DNA of 64,000 nt, taken from positions 372,001 through 436,000 of the forward strand of contig MU058645.1 of the NCBI GenBank assembly GCA_013265495.1. Direction: 5' to 3'. Under the pieces are notes generated by a model that did no database searches, had not been told where the DNA came from, and saw nothing but the letters and a program-made list of their open reading frames with translations. Source of the DNA: Vicugna vicugna (lineage: Eukaryota). Below, one piece after another: positions 53,700 to 64,000 of the stretch. Both the position numbers and the translations under genes were made by a program. Position 1 is the stretch's first letter. Each line of letters opens with the position of its first letter.

Positions 53700-56460
53700 A
53701 AAAATGTACAAAACTTACTCGGAGTCTTTGAACTACATCACTCTGATAACTGGTGTCTTCTATTGATTCTGCGAATTTCTCAGCGAGTATCTCTCAAAAT
53801 ACCACCTTCTGCCCAGTTTCTCTGTGCATTAGCATTCTGACTGAATATCTGTCAGGATTTTTCAGTCTCTGTCCTTTACACCTTCTAACTTCTCTTTTAT
53901 CTTTTTGTTTCTCTCTGAGTTCTAAATTTTTCATCTCTTTTTATTTCATTAATTCTCTCTCAATAACCTAAATTATTATCTCCCACGTATTGAATTTTCA
54001 GTCTTCATATTGTATTTTCTTATTTCTAGCCTTTCCATTAGATTCAGTTGCACATATGCTTGGTAGTTTCTTAGTCTCTTTTTCCCTTTCAGTCTTTCAA
54101 ACCATTCGCTTAGTTCTTTAAGTACTGTAAACACAGCTGTGCCCAAAGAAATGCCAGAAAGCTGGAGTAGCTAGAAAGATGATGAAAGATAAAAGAAATC
54201 ATGAAAAGGGTAGAACAAATGGAAGTATAATGAAGTACGGTAGAAAGAATACTTAATTACATGTTATTATATAAGGTTTTAAAATCTGTAGTTAAAGACA
54301 AAGATATATTTAATAAAGCACAAATGTAAATCATATACTATTTTCAAGATGCACAACTTACTATATAAGACCATCAAAATATTATTCTAAGATAAAATAC
54401 CGTAAAAAATTTATAAAGACGGTAACCAAAAAGAAGCTGTTAAAATTATGTTAACAATCACAAAATAGTCTTTAAAGCAGAAAACACTATGTATTTAAAG
54501 CTGTCACATAACGACCAAATTTCCAATTTACCTGATACCTGAATTTCCATACATCTAAGAAGTTAGCCTCAAATATATTCAGGGACAACAAGGAAATATA
54601 AAAGATCTGCCATCACAGGAGAAGATTTTAATAAAGCACCAAAACTTTGGGAGGTCAAAGAAACAGAGAGGATATGGAAAATATAAGCCACATGGTTTCC
54701 AAATTCTTCTAGTGACTGTACACTCAGAATTGCGCAGCCAACAACTGAGGAACACACACTCTTGATAGATGTGTAAGGAAACTACATTTGCTATAGCAAC
54801 TCTCCCAAAACTTGTCTTTAGAAACTGAAGAATAAATCCAGCAAAAGATATGCAAGCTTTAATAAAGAAAGTATAAACTTGTATTGAATGAATGACAAGA
54901 ACTCCTAAATAAATGAAGTGACCCGCTCTGTTCTGTGCTCAGTGATAGAAATTAAGTCAATCCTGCCAAAATCAATCCATAGATCTAATCAATTCCAGTG
55001 AAAATTCTAAAGGAATTTTATTGGCTTGATGTGCTGATTCTAAAATTTACAAGAGAAGGTAAAGGGCCAAAATAGCCAAATGAGTAAAAGGAAAAATGAA
55101 GATGGTCCCATCAGCTATCAAAACTTATAAGACTAGGGTAATTAGGAGTATCGTGTCACTGCAGAGTTAAACAAATAAACTAAAACACAAGACAGCCCTA
55201 AAAGCGACCCATGTCCATGCATGCTGGACATGTGATCAATCAGATCATGGGGAAAAGAGTGGATGATCCAAAATCTGTTAGGGAAATGTTGGTTATTCAT
55301 ATGGGAAAAAAAATGGCTTTCCTATATAACACCAAATATAGGAACTTCTTATGAGATAAACTGAGAATAAAAGTTAAAATTTGGAAATTCAGAAAGACAA
55401 TATAAGTGAATGTTTTTTTTTAAATCTTGGATTCCAAAAGATTTCTTAAAAAACAAACAAACAAACATGAATTGATTTCAAAAAGCACAAAATATGAATA
55501 AAAATAATAGATAAATTTGACTGTGCTAAAATTTAACTCCAGTCTGTCAAAAGATAGTATGAGTCAAAGCCATAAACTCAGAGGAAATATTTGTAATATA
55601 TAAAACCAATAAATAAATAGAATTCAGAATACCCATAACATATAAACATATGTATATAAACAAAAACAGACACATTTTTTCTGTATATATACAGAAATAC
55701 ACAGGGGATATGTATGTATATATGTGTGTGTGTATAGCTATCATATAAATCACTGAAATATTACAAAACAGCCAACTGGGAACCAGCAAAAGACTAAAGC
55801 AGAAACTTTGCAAAATAGGAAATAGGAATGGCCAGTAAAATTTTGCATACATATAAGTAAAAGCTGTCACTCTGTCACTATCGAGGGCTGGGGGATGGCA
55901 CTCTTGGTAGAAGTATAAATTGGTACAACCACTTTGGAAAAGATTTTTATCAATATCTAGTCAAGATTAAAAAGCATGTATCTCCTACACTGTGATTCGA
56001 TTTCTCCAAATGCTTACTCATGAGCAAGAGGAGATACATAGAATATTCTATAGCAGCATGGTTTATAATAACAAGAAGCAACACCTTTGCTACATTTGCA
56101 CAGCGCTGTGCTGCAGACGTGCTGCAGTACAGCGGGGCACTACACTGCAGTGATAAGTAACGGATACCAATAAAACACACCAGTATAGATGAATCTCGAG
56201 AATATAACATAACATGAGCACAAATTGTAGAGAAAGTATATCCATTTATATAAAATTTCAAAGCAAGCAAAAGCAAACTACAGGGCAAGAGGGAATGGGA
56301 TCTGGAAGGCGATTCAGAACCATCCAGCATCACCAGTGATCCTCTTTTTCTGAAGCTGGTGAGAGTGCATGCCACCCACATAACTGTGATTCTCTCCACT
56401 GTACCATCCATGCTCTGTTTGTATGTATCTCTTTACTATTTACTTCAACCCATATATTTG
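53700..56460. mobile_element. Old LINE-1 fragments (antisense ~53.7-54.1 kb, sense L1ME-like ~54.15-56.46 kb)
   Basis: CTGATTCTAAAATTTAC, AGTATAAATTGGTACAACCACTTTGGAAAA and ATAGATGAATCTC motifs. Confidence 0.8.
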
Positions 56461-56825
56461 AAAGAGTAAGTATCAGGCTAAATGAGGAGAGAATGAGTGT
56501 GCTTCGGTTGTGAAGGGGAAAATATCCCTCAGAATGCAGGTACAGGGGGTGCTGACACAACGGGAGGTTTTATCTCCTGCTTTATTGTTATCTTGGGAAA
56601 GACTAAGTATGTCTCATTACTGATGATAAGGATCCAGTAAAGAGTGTTAAGATACAGAAGAGCGAGGAGATATTCAGTAACATTAGGGTCCTGGGAAGAT
56701 AAGAGGGTGGATCATTCAAAGCTCAGTGCTGTCGCAGGGGGGTTGGTATTGAGAACAGAGTAAAGAGTTCCGGGAGGAGGCGGTGGCTGTGGCACAGACA
56801 GAGACCATGAGCGGCAAAACTTTAC

Positions 56826-57102
56826 AGCAGATTTAAAAAAGCTTGTGGAAGACAGATGGCAAGCAAGGACAATACTGGACCACATCCTGTGGGAAGTAGA
56901 AAGGGAACAGCTGGGTTTCCACTAGGTGCAGAGCAGAAGGAAGGCCCACGGACGCGAGGGTGCGAGGGCTTCCAAGAGCTAAGCAGGGGACGGAGGAGGA
57001 GCCCGGGAACTCAGCAGCGGGCAGGACCGTGGGTGCAGGATGGCCAACCAAGAAACAGCAACGTGGGGGCACAGGTGCCTTGATTTCCAGCACAGTGATT
57101 AC
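56826..57102 (-). pseudogene. Fossil exon: EGF-like domain followed by LDLa repeat
   Basis: Strong acceptor ctttctttcctcacag. Begins [G/S]NHCAGNQGTCA (cf. NPC..NNGGCSHLC), then RSC, then AFLLLC.SG..C and DVVQYCP (cf. DG..DCP). Ends TGC T|gtaaa. Confidence 0.68.
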
Positions 57103-57125
57103 CTGTGAGGAAAGAAAGGCGAGGC

Positions 57126-57667
57126 TGCCGTGCTAGAAAGCTTTCAATTCATTAAAATTAGAAACGATCTGAAGCAAACATGGGGGGAATGTCACTCTCT
57201 CTTCACTTCTGCATGATGAAAGTGCCAACTAGAAGTTGTCACTTCCCATCTGCCTCTGCAAGGGAGACGCCACCAACCACTGCCATCGCTGACCATCAAC
57301 ACACCCTGAAAGGAGTTCAGGGCGGAGACCAGGAAGGAGGCGCTCTGTGCTGGGGGGGAAGCTGGCAGAACAGACCTTCACATAGTTACATGTTTCCAGG
57401 AGAAGTTTTTATGAGCCCAAAGTTTTGCATTTCCTCATGTCTAGAGAAGCACTAAAGGGAGACATCTGCTCCTCGTGACTCAGCAGAAGCTTCCGCAGGA
57501 ATGTGTGTCTGATTGCATGTTATCTTCCTTCATCAGAATCACATACCTACTGCTTCCCTCCCTCTGCCTCTCTGGAGCGGATCCTCAGAGAGCTCTGAGA
57601 TGTCCTCACTTTTCCCCAAATGAAACTTGACCCAGAAGTCTCCCGTTGTGCATTTTTCCAGGAGACA
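57126..57667 (+). mobile_element. Solo ERV1-type LTR inserted in an intron of the LRP-like pseudogene
   Basis: TG...CA ends. CCATCAACACACCCTGAAAGGAGTTCAGGGCGGAGACCAGG and CCCCAAATGAAACTT...GTTGTGCATTTTT resemble laurasiatherian ERV1 LTRs. Confidence 0.7.
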
Positions 57668-57877
57668 AAGTGAGTGCTTCTATGATTATCTAACCTTAGA
57701 GAGAGATTTGGAATATTTCTTCATGTAAAATATCTTACATATTACTTTTTATTTTTTAAAATTCAAACTGTGCAAAGCTTTTTGCATTAAAAGCAAAAAC
57801 ACTGAGTTAAGGACGTTGCACAAGCCAGGGATGTCCGGTGTCCTTTCAGTCATCGTGACATCACTGTGTCCATGAAC

Positions 57878-58025
57878 TTGGAGCTTAACTATCACGAGGC
57901 TTCAGCCACCAGCTCCTCCCTAGTCTAATGGAAACCACTCCGTTTGAACCCTGGTTTCCAGAAAAAGGAGGGGATTGACCAACTTCTTTGGTGATGTTTT
58001 CAACAGTCTTTCACATAAAATGGAG
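57878..58025 (-). pseudogene. Fossil exon: end of second beta-propeller
   Basis: Acceptor ttttcatttctccaag. Reads QTEWFPLD*.ELV.LK...S..Q immediately before the EGF exon. Weak motif. Confidence 0.4.
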
Positions 58026-58143
58026 CTTGGAGAAATGAAAATGATGGAAACGAAAGATAGTCATCAGTATCCTGATGGAGGCCATTCAGACAATCACTTT
58101 AAAAATCCCCCAATTCTGAAAAGCACTCAGTGTGTCTATTGAC

Positions 58144-58517
58144 CTGTCTGAAAAGGTATATACAGGCTGCCCCTCTTGCTAAGCCAGAAGCCCCCGCATG
58201 CTCAGAGCTGTATTCCTCCCTAAAGGTGGAACACAAGGGAGCAGGGATGCCGTGGTCCCATCTGGGTGCTGAGCGAGGGCTGGCCAATAGCATCCCTTTG
58301 CCCCTTGGAGGATTTCCCTGTACTGTGCAGCATGTTGCTGTTACAGCCATCAATCTGAGCCACTCGATGGTAAGTTTAACTCTGGAGGTGGTGAGCTCTC
58401 TTGGGCAGTTAGTGACATCTGAAAGAGTCCTCGCTCCCTTTTGGGTATTTTCTTCTACCAACATTATGAAGCGAACCCGCCCTTGGCGTCATTAAGCCCC
58501 AACAAAAGGGGATTTAA
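58144..58517 (-). pseudogene. Fossil exon: YWTD (LDLR class B) repeats
   Basis: Reads LTIEWL (cf. LA.DWL), or with a 1-nt shift TIEVAQIDG.N..ML (cf. TIEVA.LDG..R..L). Also HPCSLVFH, EHAGASG..R (cf. IE.A.MDG..R), and a terminal IY..SD before CAG|gtcaat. Confidence 0.6.
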
Positions 58518-58771
58518 CTGCAATCAGTAATTAAAAAAAAAGTTTAATGGATAAGCTAATGGAACAAGATAACAGAAATTTACCATTGTTTATTCACTGA
58601 AAGAGACAAAAAATTGTTGGGTTTATCATCCAAGGTTTGCATCCGAGCAGAGTGAGAGTCTCTTGTTTCTAAGCATGTTCCATTACTGGTGCTCTAAGTG
58701 GGAGTACAGCTCATCAGGGGAGGTGACATGGAAAATGGACACTGAGGATGTTCACAGCTTTGGGACCTTAC

Positions 58772-59018
58772 CAGAGTCAGAGACCAGTCTCATTCTTATC
58801 ATCTCTGTATTACCGAAGTGAGAAGATATACAGATAGGAAAGACATGCTAAGAGTCCTTAAAGAACATATTCTTTATGTCATTTATAGTTAATATTAATT
58901 TTCTAGATGGTAGGTGTTCTGGTGTTTTACTTCTGATTAGGATGCAAAAAGTCACGAGAAAAATATCCGTCACAACCTTGAAAAAATGCCAATAGTATTC
59001 CTGCTACATTGCTTCCGT
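58772..59018 (-). pseudogene. Fossil exon: inter-propeller EGF-like domain
   Basis: Acceptor cccttgcccttag. Reads DGSN/QCSRN...SRL*...FS*...RICSLRTLSMSFLSVYLLTSVIQ, with TGA at two positions where Cys is expected. Candidate donor G|gtaagg at 58771. Confidence 0.45.
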
Positions 59019-59269
59019 CTAAGGGCAAGGGAGTTGAGGAAAAGCAGGTTAGTATGTGCCTAGAAAGAAGAGGAGAAAAGATCCAGACATCTCAGAATGA
59101 GTGGACTCAGGCTGGGTGAACGATGAGACACAGAGAAGCAAAAACATCATCGTGGCATGCCTGTCACAGTGAGGACACAAGGGGCTGTAGAGACAAGGTG
59201 TTCTGGCCAAAGCCCCCTTCAGCTCCAGGTGTGCAGTCCCAGTGAAGCATCCAGGGTCTGAGGAAGGAC

Positions 59270-59469
59270 CTCAAGTACTTCTGGAAGTCCAGGCGTGTCC
59301 AGCTGACAGAGGACGACCACAGGGAGCTGCGGGAGACACGTCTGAGTCTTTCCACAGGTGCTGTTTCTCTAGGTCCAAGACCAGGCATGTGCTGGTCCCA
59401 GGGCAGCCAGTGGTCAACAGGGTCTTCAGCTGGGAATGAGGTCTGGCAGAGGACGAGGCCAGATGGAAC
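59270..59469 (-). pseudogene. Fossil exon: YWTD repeat
   Basis: Acceptor ttcccccag. Reads LKTLLTTGCPGTSTCLVLDLEKQHLWKDSD (cf. R..LV..GL..P..L.LD....RLYW.D) and SVSWTRLD (cf. I..A.LDG). Confidence 0.62.
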
Positions 59470-59949
59470 CTGGGGGAACCCAGTCTGCCTGCCAGGCTGT
59501 GTCACCAAGACAACCTCAAGAGAAGAGTCCTTCACTCTGGGCACCAAGGTTTCCATCATTTCCTCTCTTGGCCCATGCTCTCCCTTCAGGTTATGCCAAT
59601 TGACACGGTTCCAATTTTATCAAGTAGACACAGAATACATTGCCACAAAGTCATCTTTTTCTATGGGGTGAGGTCAGTCTGGCTGGGAACTTGAGACTGA
59701 TTTTTTTTTAATTTTCTCACCAGGTAAAGGGTGTTCCTCATCACACTGCTAAAACTTTAAATTCCTCAAGTCCTCACAGGTACGTAACATAAAGAGCTCT
59801 CGTGCCTCTGAGCACCAGCCGTGACGTGGTGGGTGTGAGGTTGGCATCCAGGGAGCGTGCAGCCTCTGCGGAGACTCAGCACAGGCGGCGCGAAGCCTGA
59901 CCCGGAGCGGACCAGCCGCCCCCACCCACCCCATCTGCTCCCCGCGCTC

Positions 59950-60107
59950 AGGCCTTGGGCAGGGGACACAGGCTGATGCGTTCTCTCTAGCTGCTCCCAC
60001 AGGACCTGGCGCAGGGCTTCTTTCCAGAACCTGAATAGCATCCTGTGCTGAACAGAAAGTGTTAGCGCACACGAAGGACAGCTCCTTCAGGTCGCTTGCA
60101 AAGCCAC
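59950..60107 (-). pseudogene. Fossil exon: YWTD repeat
   Basis: Acceptor gtgtgtctgcag. Across frameshifts it reads RQVLWEQLERT/ISLCPLPKA (cf. R.VL..DL..P.SL.L.P..G). The donor is decayed, so the 3' boundary is approximate. Confidence 0.5.
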
Positions 60108-60139
60108 CTGCAGACACACAAACCCACCCCAGGCACACG

Positions 60140-60212
60140 GGGCCCCGCGCTGCCTCCCTAAGGGCCCCACGCTGTCTCCCTAAGGGCCCCGCGCTGCCTC
60201 CCTAAGGGCCCC
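60140..60212. repeat. Minisatellite, 22-bp unit GGGCCCCRCGCTGYCTCCCTAA x3.3
   Basis: Directly visible. Confidence 0.95.
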
Positions 60213-60512
60213 ACAGCTCTTGTTCTCCAGTCTCCCCCGTAAACAGCTATTTCTGGACTAAGACAACTTTGCTGATGGTGTTTTCTTTTCTTTTTTTAAC
60301 AACACAGTTTTTAAAACAAAACACATGTTTTGCTTTTGTTTTGCTAAGATATAATCCCTTATTAGACTGATCTTAGTTACCTGCCCTTAGCTGTCAGTCA
60401 CTTCCTGCATTATAAAATATGACACTCCTTTTGTTAAGGAAGACACACGCACGCACACGCGCGCACACACACACACGCACTTAGTCTCTGGCTGCACTCC
60501 TCTGATGGGTAC

Positions 60513-60746
60513 CTGTAAAGGTGGCAGCTTTTTCTTCCTGAGGCAGGAGGTGAAACCATGGGAAAGGAGGTGGGGATGTAAACAAGAGGTGTGGTGTAAC
60601 CACAATGGCGGGCCATGCACACTCAGGGTGGTGACAATGTCTCTGATTGGACAAGCACAGTGGGAAAACCATGGGGTGAGGATTTAAGGAAATTATCAAA
60701 AGAACGAAACAAGGAACTTCAAGGCCCAAAGCTGGCAGGAACGGGC
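60513..60746 (-). pseudogene. Fossil exon (234 nt, open frame): start of first beta-propeller
   Basis: Begins GPFLPALGLE...F.L...SL (cf. the post-EGF 'P.L.F' strand) and ends WFHLLPQEEKAATFT-G|gtaccc, phase 1-1. The acceptor has no pyrimidine tract. Confidence 0.42.
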
Positions 60747-61098
60747 CTGTTCCATCTCCATCTGTACGAGGTACACTTCAGCTCCTCTGGTCACTTCTGA
60801 GATGAGGATCTTGACTGGAAAATGCCAGCAGGATCTATGTAGTTCAAGTCCTATCGTGTGTTTGTAAAAAGATTCTACTTGTCAAGGTGACCCTTTCTCC
60901 TTTATCAAATCTGCCTGGAAATGCACAATAGATCCAACACACACACAAAAAAACACACTTTTTATTCATTTGACAATGTTAAATGGTTCCAAACAGGCAG
61001 GGTGGGAGACTGAGTGCTGAGAAGGCTTCTGTTGATGACATCATGCAGTGACCATGACTCAGGCTCTGTGGATTTCAGGACATGGAGTCCAAGGTCAC

Positions 61099-61207
61099 CT
61101 ATGTGTTTTCCATCTGGCTAGGAGATAAGGAACCATCATGAAGGAGTAGGTGTGGGAAAACTGAAGTGACATTTTCATCACCTCCACTCCTGCTACACTG
61201 CCTCCAT
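61099..61207 (-). pseudogene. Fossil exon: calcium-binding EGF-like domain
   Basis: Acceptor cccctgcccttag|AT (the D codon is split, phase 1), donor AG|gtgacc. Reads D..QC...TYSF..VPYLL.PDGKH (cf. D.DEC ... G.Y.C.C..GY.L.PDG..C). Caveat: shares DNA with 58920-59077. Confidence 0.45.
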
Positions 61208-61559
61208 CTAAGGGCAGGGGGGTTGAGGAAATGCAGGTTTCTGTGTACCTAGAAAGAAGGGGAGAAGACAGATTTAGGGGAGCAGCCAGCTTTTGCCACA
61301 GAAGAGAAGCCCAAAGAGGACTGAGATGTACGAGAAAGAAAGTACATGGGACCTGAGATTCTGTTGCAGTTGAAGAAGTATTGAGGGCAGATAAGAGCTG
61401 AGAAAGTTAGGTTGAGAATAGAGGGAAATAGATTTGAGACTGAGATTTCAGAAGTGGAATAGATCAAAGCCAATATAAGGATCAGGATTTGGGTGTGGAG
61501 TGTAGCACATGAGTGGGGTCACTGATGTTGAAGAGAGAGTTAAATTCAGCAGCAGGAAA

Positions 61560-61770
61560 ATAATAGTTAGCATTTATTAAGCATTTGCCATGCACAAGAT
61601 GCTAAGACCTTTAATTGTATTGACTCTTAAAACAACCCTATTGGCTTGGGGAAAAATTTGTCATTTTATATATGAGAAAAATAAGGCACAGAAAAATGGC
61701 AATTAACAAAATTACTAGAATGTTTAAACCAAGAAGTTTAATGCAAACAATCCTGAACTCCTAACCAGTG
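61560..61770 (-). mobile_element. MIR SINE
   Basis: AGCATTTATTAAGCATTTGCCATG...AACAACCCTAT...CATTTTATATATGAGAAAAATAAGGCACAGA. Confidence 0.8.
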
Positions 61771-62139
61771 ACTACAAAATCTGCGTGCAAGAACAGAACT
61801 TCAGGCAGAGAGAAAAGATATGCGTGTACGCAACGGCCAAGTAATGACTGTGCTGCTCCTTAAAACATATATGCGAGCAAAAAGTGTGCATTCTAGCTTT
61901 CATCTGAGATGTGATTAAGACTATACTTTAGGGTGACAGTAGACAATTTTAAAATTTGGACTCTGGGGAAGAGCAGCTAACATTTTGATTGCTTATCTAG
62001 AGCATTAATTTTCCTAAGTTATAATCCTCTGGAGTTTCATGAGTTTGAATGAAGAATTGAAGAGTGAATTTTGGTTTTTTGCTTTGTTTTGTTTTAGTTT
62101 TTTTGTTTGTTTTGTTTGTAACTTTTTTTACTTCCTATG

Positions 62140-62915
62140 TCATTAAAATACAACTGTTGATGTAATAATTATAAATCACCATTGGTGGATACACAATGTG
62201 TAAAAATGCAATTAGTTACAATAACCACGTAAAGGGTGTGAAAAGCGATAAAAATTCATGTATTCAAATTAATTTGCTATTAACCTGAACTGGACTGTCA
62301 TAAATTAAGATATTAATGATGAACCCAGGCCAAATAATAATAAGACATATATGTATATGAATGCTAAGTAGTACATTAGAAAATAACTATTTATACATAC
62401 CAAAAAAAGCAGTAATGAAGAAATTGAAAAATAAAAACAATGCATGTGAAGAAAGCAAATAGCAAATTGACAGGTATAAATCCTAACTTATTAGTAATTT
62501 CATCAAATGTAATGAGATAAAAGTCTCCAAGTATACATCAGAGAATGGCAGAATTGATTAAAAAACAAATTTAAACCAATGATATGCTGTTTATAAGAGA
62601 GATGCTTAAGATGCAAAGACACAAATAATTTGAAAGTAAAAGGGTAGGAAAAGATGTTACATACAATCAATGACCAAAAGAGCCAGACTGGGCCCAGGAG
62701 TATTGGAGAAAATGGACTTGAAGAAAAACAAATTGTTATGTGAAGCAAAGGACGTATTATAACAAAAAAGGGTCCATCTATGAAGAAGGCATAGCAATTA
62801 TAAATATACATCTGACAAAAGAACTCCAAAGTACCTGAAGAGAAACTGAAATAATGAGAGGAAAATTAGACAGCTCAAGAATGAGAGTAGGAGAACCTGG
62901 CACCCCACTTTTAGT
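62140..62915 (+). mobile_element. Old LINE-1 fragment (inter-ORF / ORF2 endonuclease region)
   Basis: CAGAGAATGGCAGAATTGATTAAAAAAC...ATATGCTGTTTATAAGAGA, encoding the IC(C)L.E motif of the L1 endonuclease. Confidence 0.8.
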
Positions 62916-62964
62916 ATTGGAGTGTTGTGTGCGTTTGTATGTTTTGTTTTGTCCTTAAGTAGAG

Positions 62965-63750
62965 TTTTGCATTCCAGTTATCCACAACCACAAAACTCAG
63001 CAACTTAATGTATCAGCCATTTTATTTTATAGCATCGTGTGAGTTAGGAATTCAGGCAAGACTCAGCTGGGCTATTCTTTTGCTCTACGTGGTGTGCACC
63101 AGTCTGGAGGATGCAAGGCGAACTGCATCACTGTTACGGCCTAGGGGAGGCTGGGAGACTGAGTTCAGCTACCCTCTATGTGGTGTTCAGAAAAGGGTAT
63201 TCAAAGTTCTTATGGAATCTCTGGGCTCCAAGAGACCAAAGCAAGAGCTGCCTGTCTCCCATCCAGATACGGTTTAACTGGGTCCTCTGCTCACAGTCTG
63301 CCCAAGGTTGTAATCAAGGTTTTGGCCACAAAGAGCTGGGATCTTCCCCAAGCTCACAAGAGTTGGCAGAATTCAAGTCCTTCCAGTTGCAGGACTGAAG
63401 CTTTTGGCTCCAAGAAGCCACCTGTCATTCTCTGCCACGTGTTCCTCTCCACAATGTGGCAGTTTGCTTCCTCTGGGCCAAAGGGAAAACATCTCTGTCA
63501 CTTTGAATCTCCCTTAAGAGAAAGCCTGGATTCTCTCAAAGGGGTGCACTTCATTTAGTCAGGCCCACCCAGCATAATCTGTGTTGTAATTAATTCAGGA
63601 CCTACTAATTATAAATCTTAATTACATCTGCAAAATTTATTCATGTTTGTCATCGATGTTCTCATTCATGAGGCTGAAGTCTCATCGTATTCACAGACCA
63701 GCGAGTATATGGGTAGGAATCTTGGGGCCATCTTAGAATTCTGTCTGCCA
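62965..63750 (-). mobile_element. MaLR LTR(s) (MLT1 family)
   Basis: GGAATTCAGGCAAGACTCAGCTGGG; GTTGGCAGAATTCAAGTCCTTCCAGTTGCAGGACTGA; TCAGGCCCACCCAGCATAATCT; GGGGCCATCTTAGAATTCTG. Confidence 0.85.
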
Positions 63751-64000
63751 AAATAAGGAATTGAAAGAAAAATTATTCACCTAAAAATCTTATGTAGACG
63801 AGCCCGATGGTGTAGTGTAACAGTGAGGCCGGAAATGCCTTTTGGGGAGATCCTTCTAGAGAGTGATAGGTGTTATTTAAGCCTCCTCTGACCTATGGGC
63901 TGCATCATGCATCCACAGTGATTCTGCATCTTTTAATTTGTGATCTTTCTGCCGTATCAGGTGGCCTAAGTTTCATGAGATTTACATTAAACAGAAAGGA

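Larger units (their letters stand above)
41129..61207 (-). pseudogene. Unprocessed (intron-containing), heavily decayed LDL-receptor-related pseudogene; Lrp13/vitellogenin-receptor-like architecture; 5' part probably extends beyond the window
   Basis: Eleven or more minus-strand exon remnants, most with AG/GT boundaries, carry EGF, YWTD, LDLa, TM and tail motifs in collinear order. Most have stops or frameshifts. See the individual exon features. Confidence 0.72.

Noticed and set aside
41129..61207. Calling the LRP-like locus a functional CDS or giving it a gene symbol
   Set aside because: Most exons have stops or frameshifts and have lost cysteines, and orthology cannot be established without a search.
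1..64000. CRISPR arrays, operons, rRNA/tRNA genes or prokaryotic defence systems
   Set aside because: The window is mammalian repeat-rich DNA. The tandem repeats (31.5, 50.2, 60.1 kb) lack a repeat-spacer structure, and I recognised no structural RNA gene.

Overview
This is mammalian (eutherian) genomic DNA, most likely camelid or another cetartiodactyl. That call is an inference from the young L1 3' ends at 39.1 and 52.6 kb and from seeing no ruminant, pig, whale or carnivore SINEs. I can support no intact protein-coding gene: the ORF-track entries are L1 remnants, GC-rich or simple-repeat noise, or fossil exons. A large share of the window is old interspersed repeat (L1, L2, MIR, MaLR/ERV LTRs, an ERV1 integrase remnant, and hAT fossils including a Zaphod-type transposase). 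CpG-rich islands lie at about 15 kb and 47-49 kb. The main signal is a spliced, heavily decayed minus-strand pseudogene at about 41.1-61.9 kb. Its exon remnants read in order as EGF, YWTD propeller, EGF, YWTD propeller, EGF+LDLa, LDLa, linker, EGF+transmembrane segment, and a cytoplasmic tail with an NPxY-like motif. This is an LDL-receptor-family gene, and the architecture best fits my recollection of Lrp13, the vitellogenin receptor of egg-laying vertebrates; orthology is unverified. A second set of decayed minus-strand exon-like blocks (22.7-34.3 kb) and a third (6.3-10.5 kb) are unidentified. All translations were done by eye, and repeat boundaries and subfamily names are approximate.
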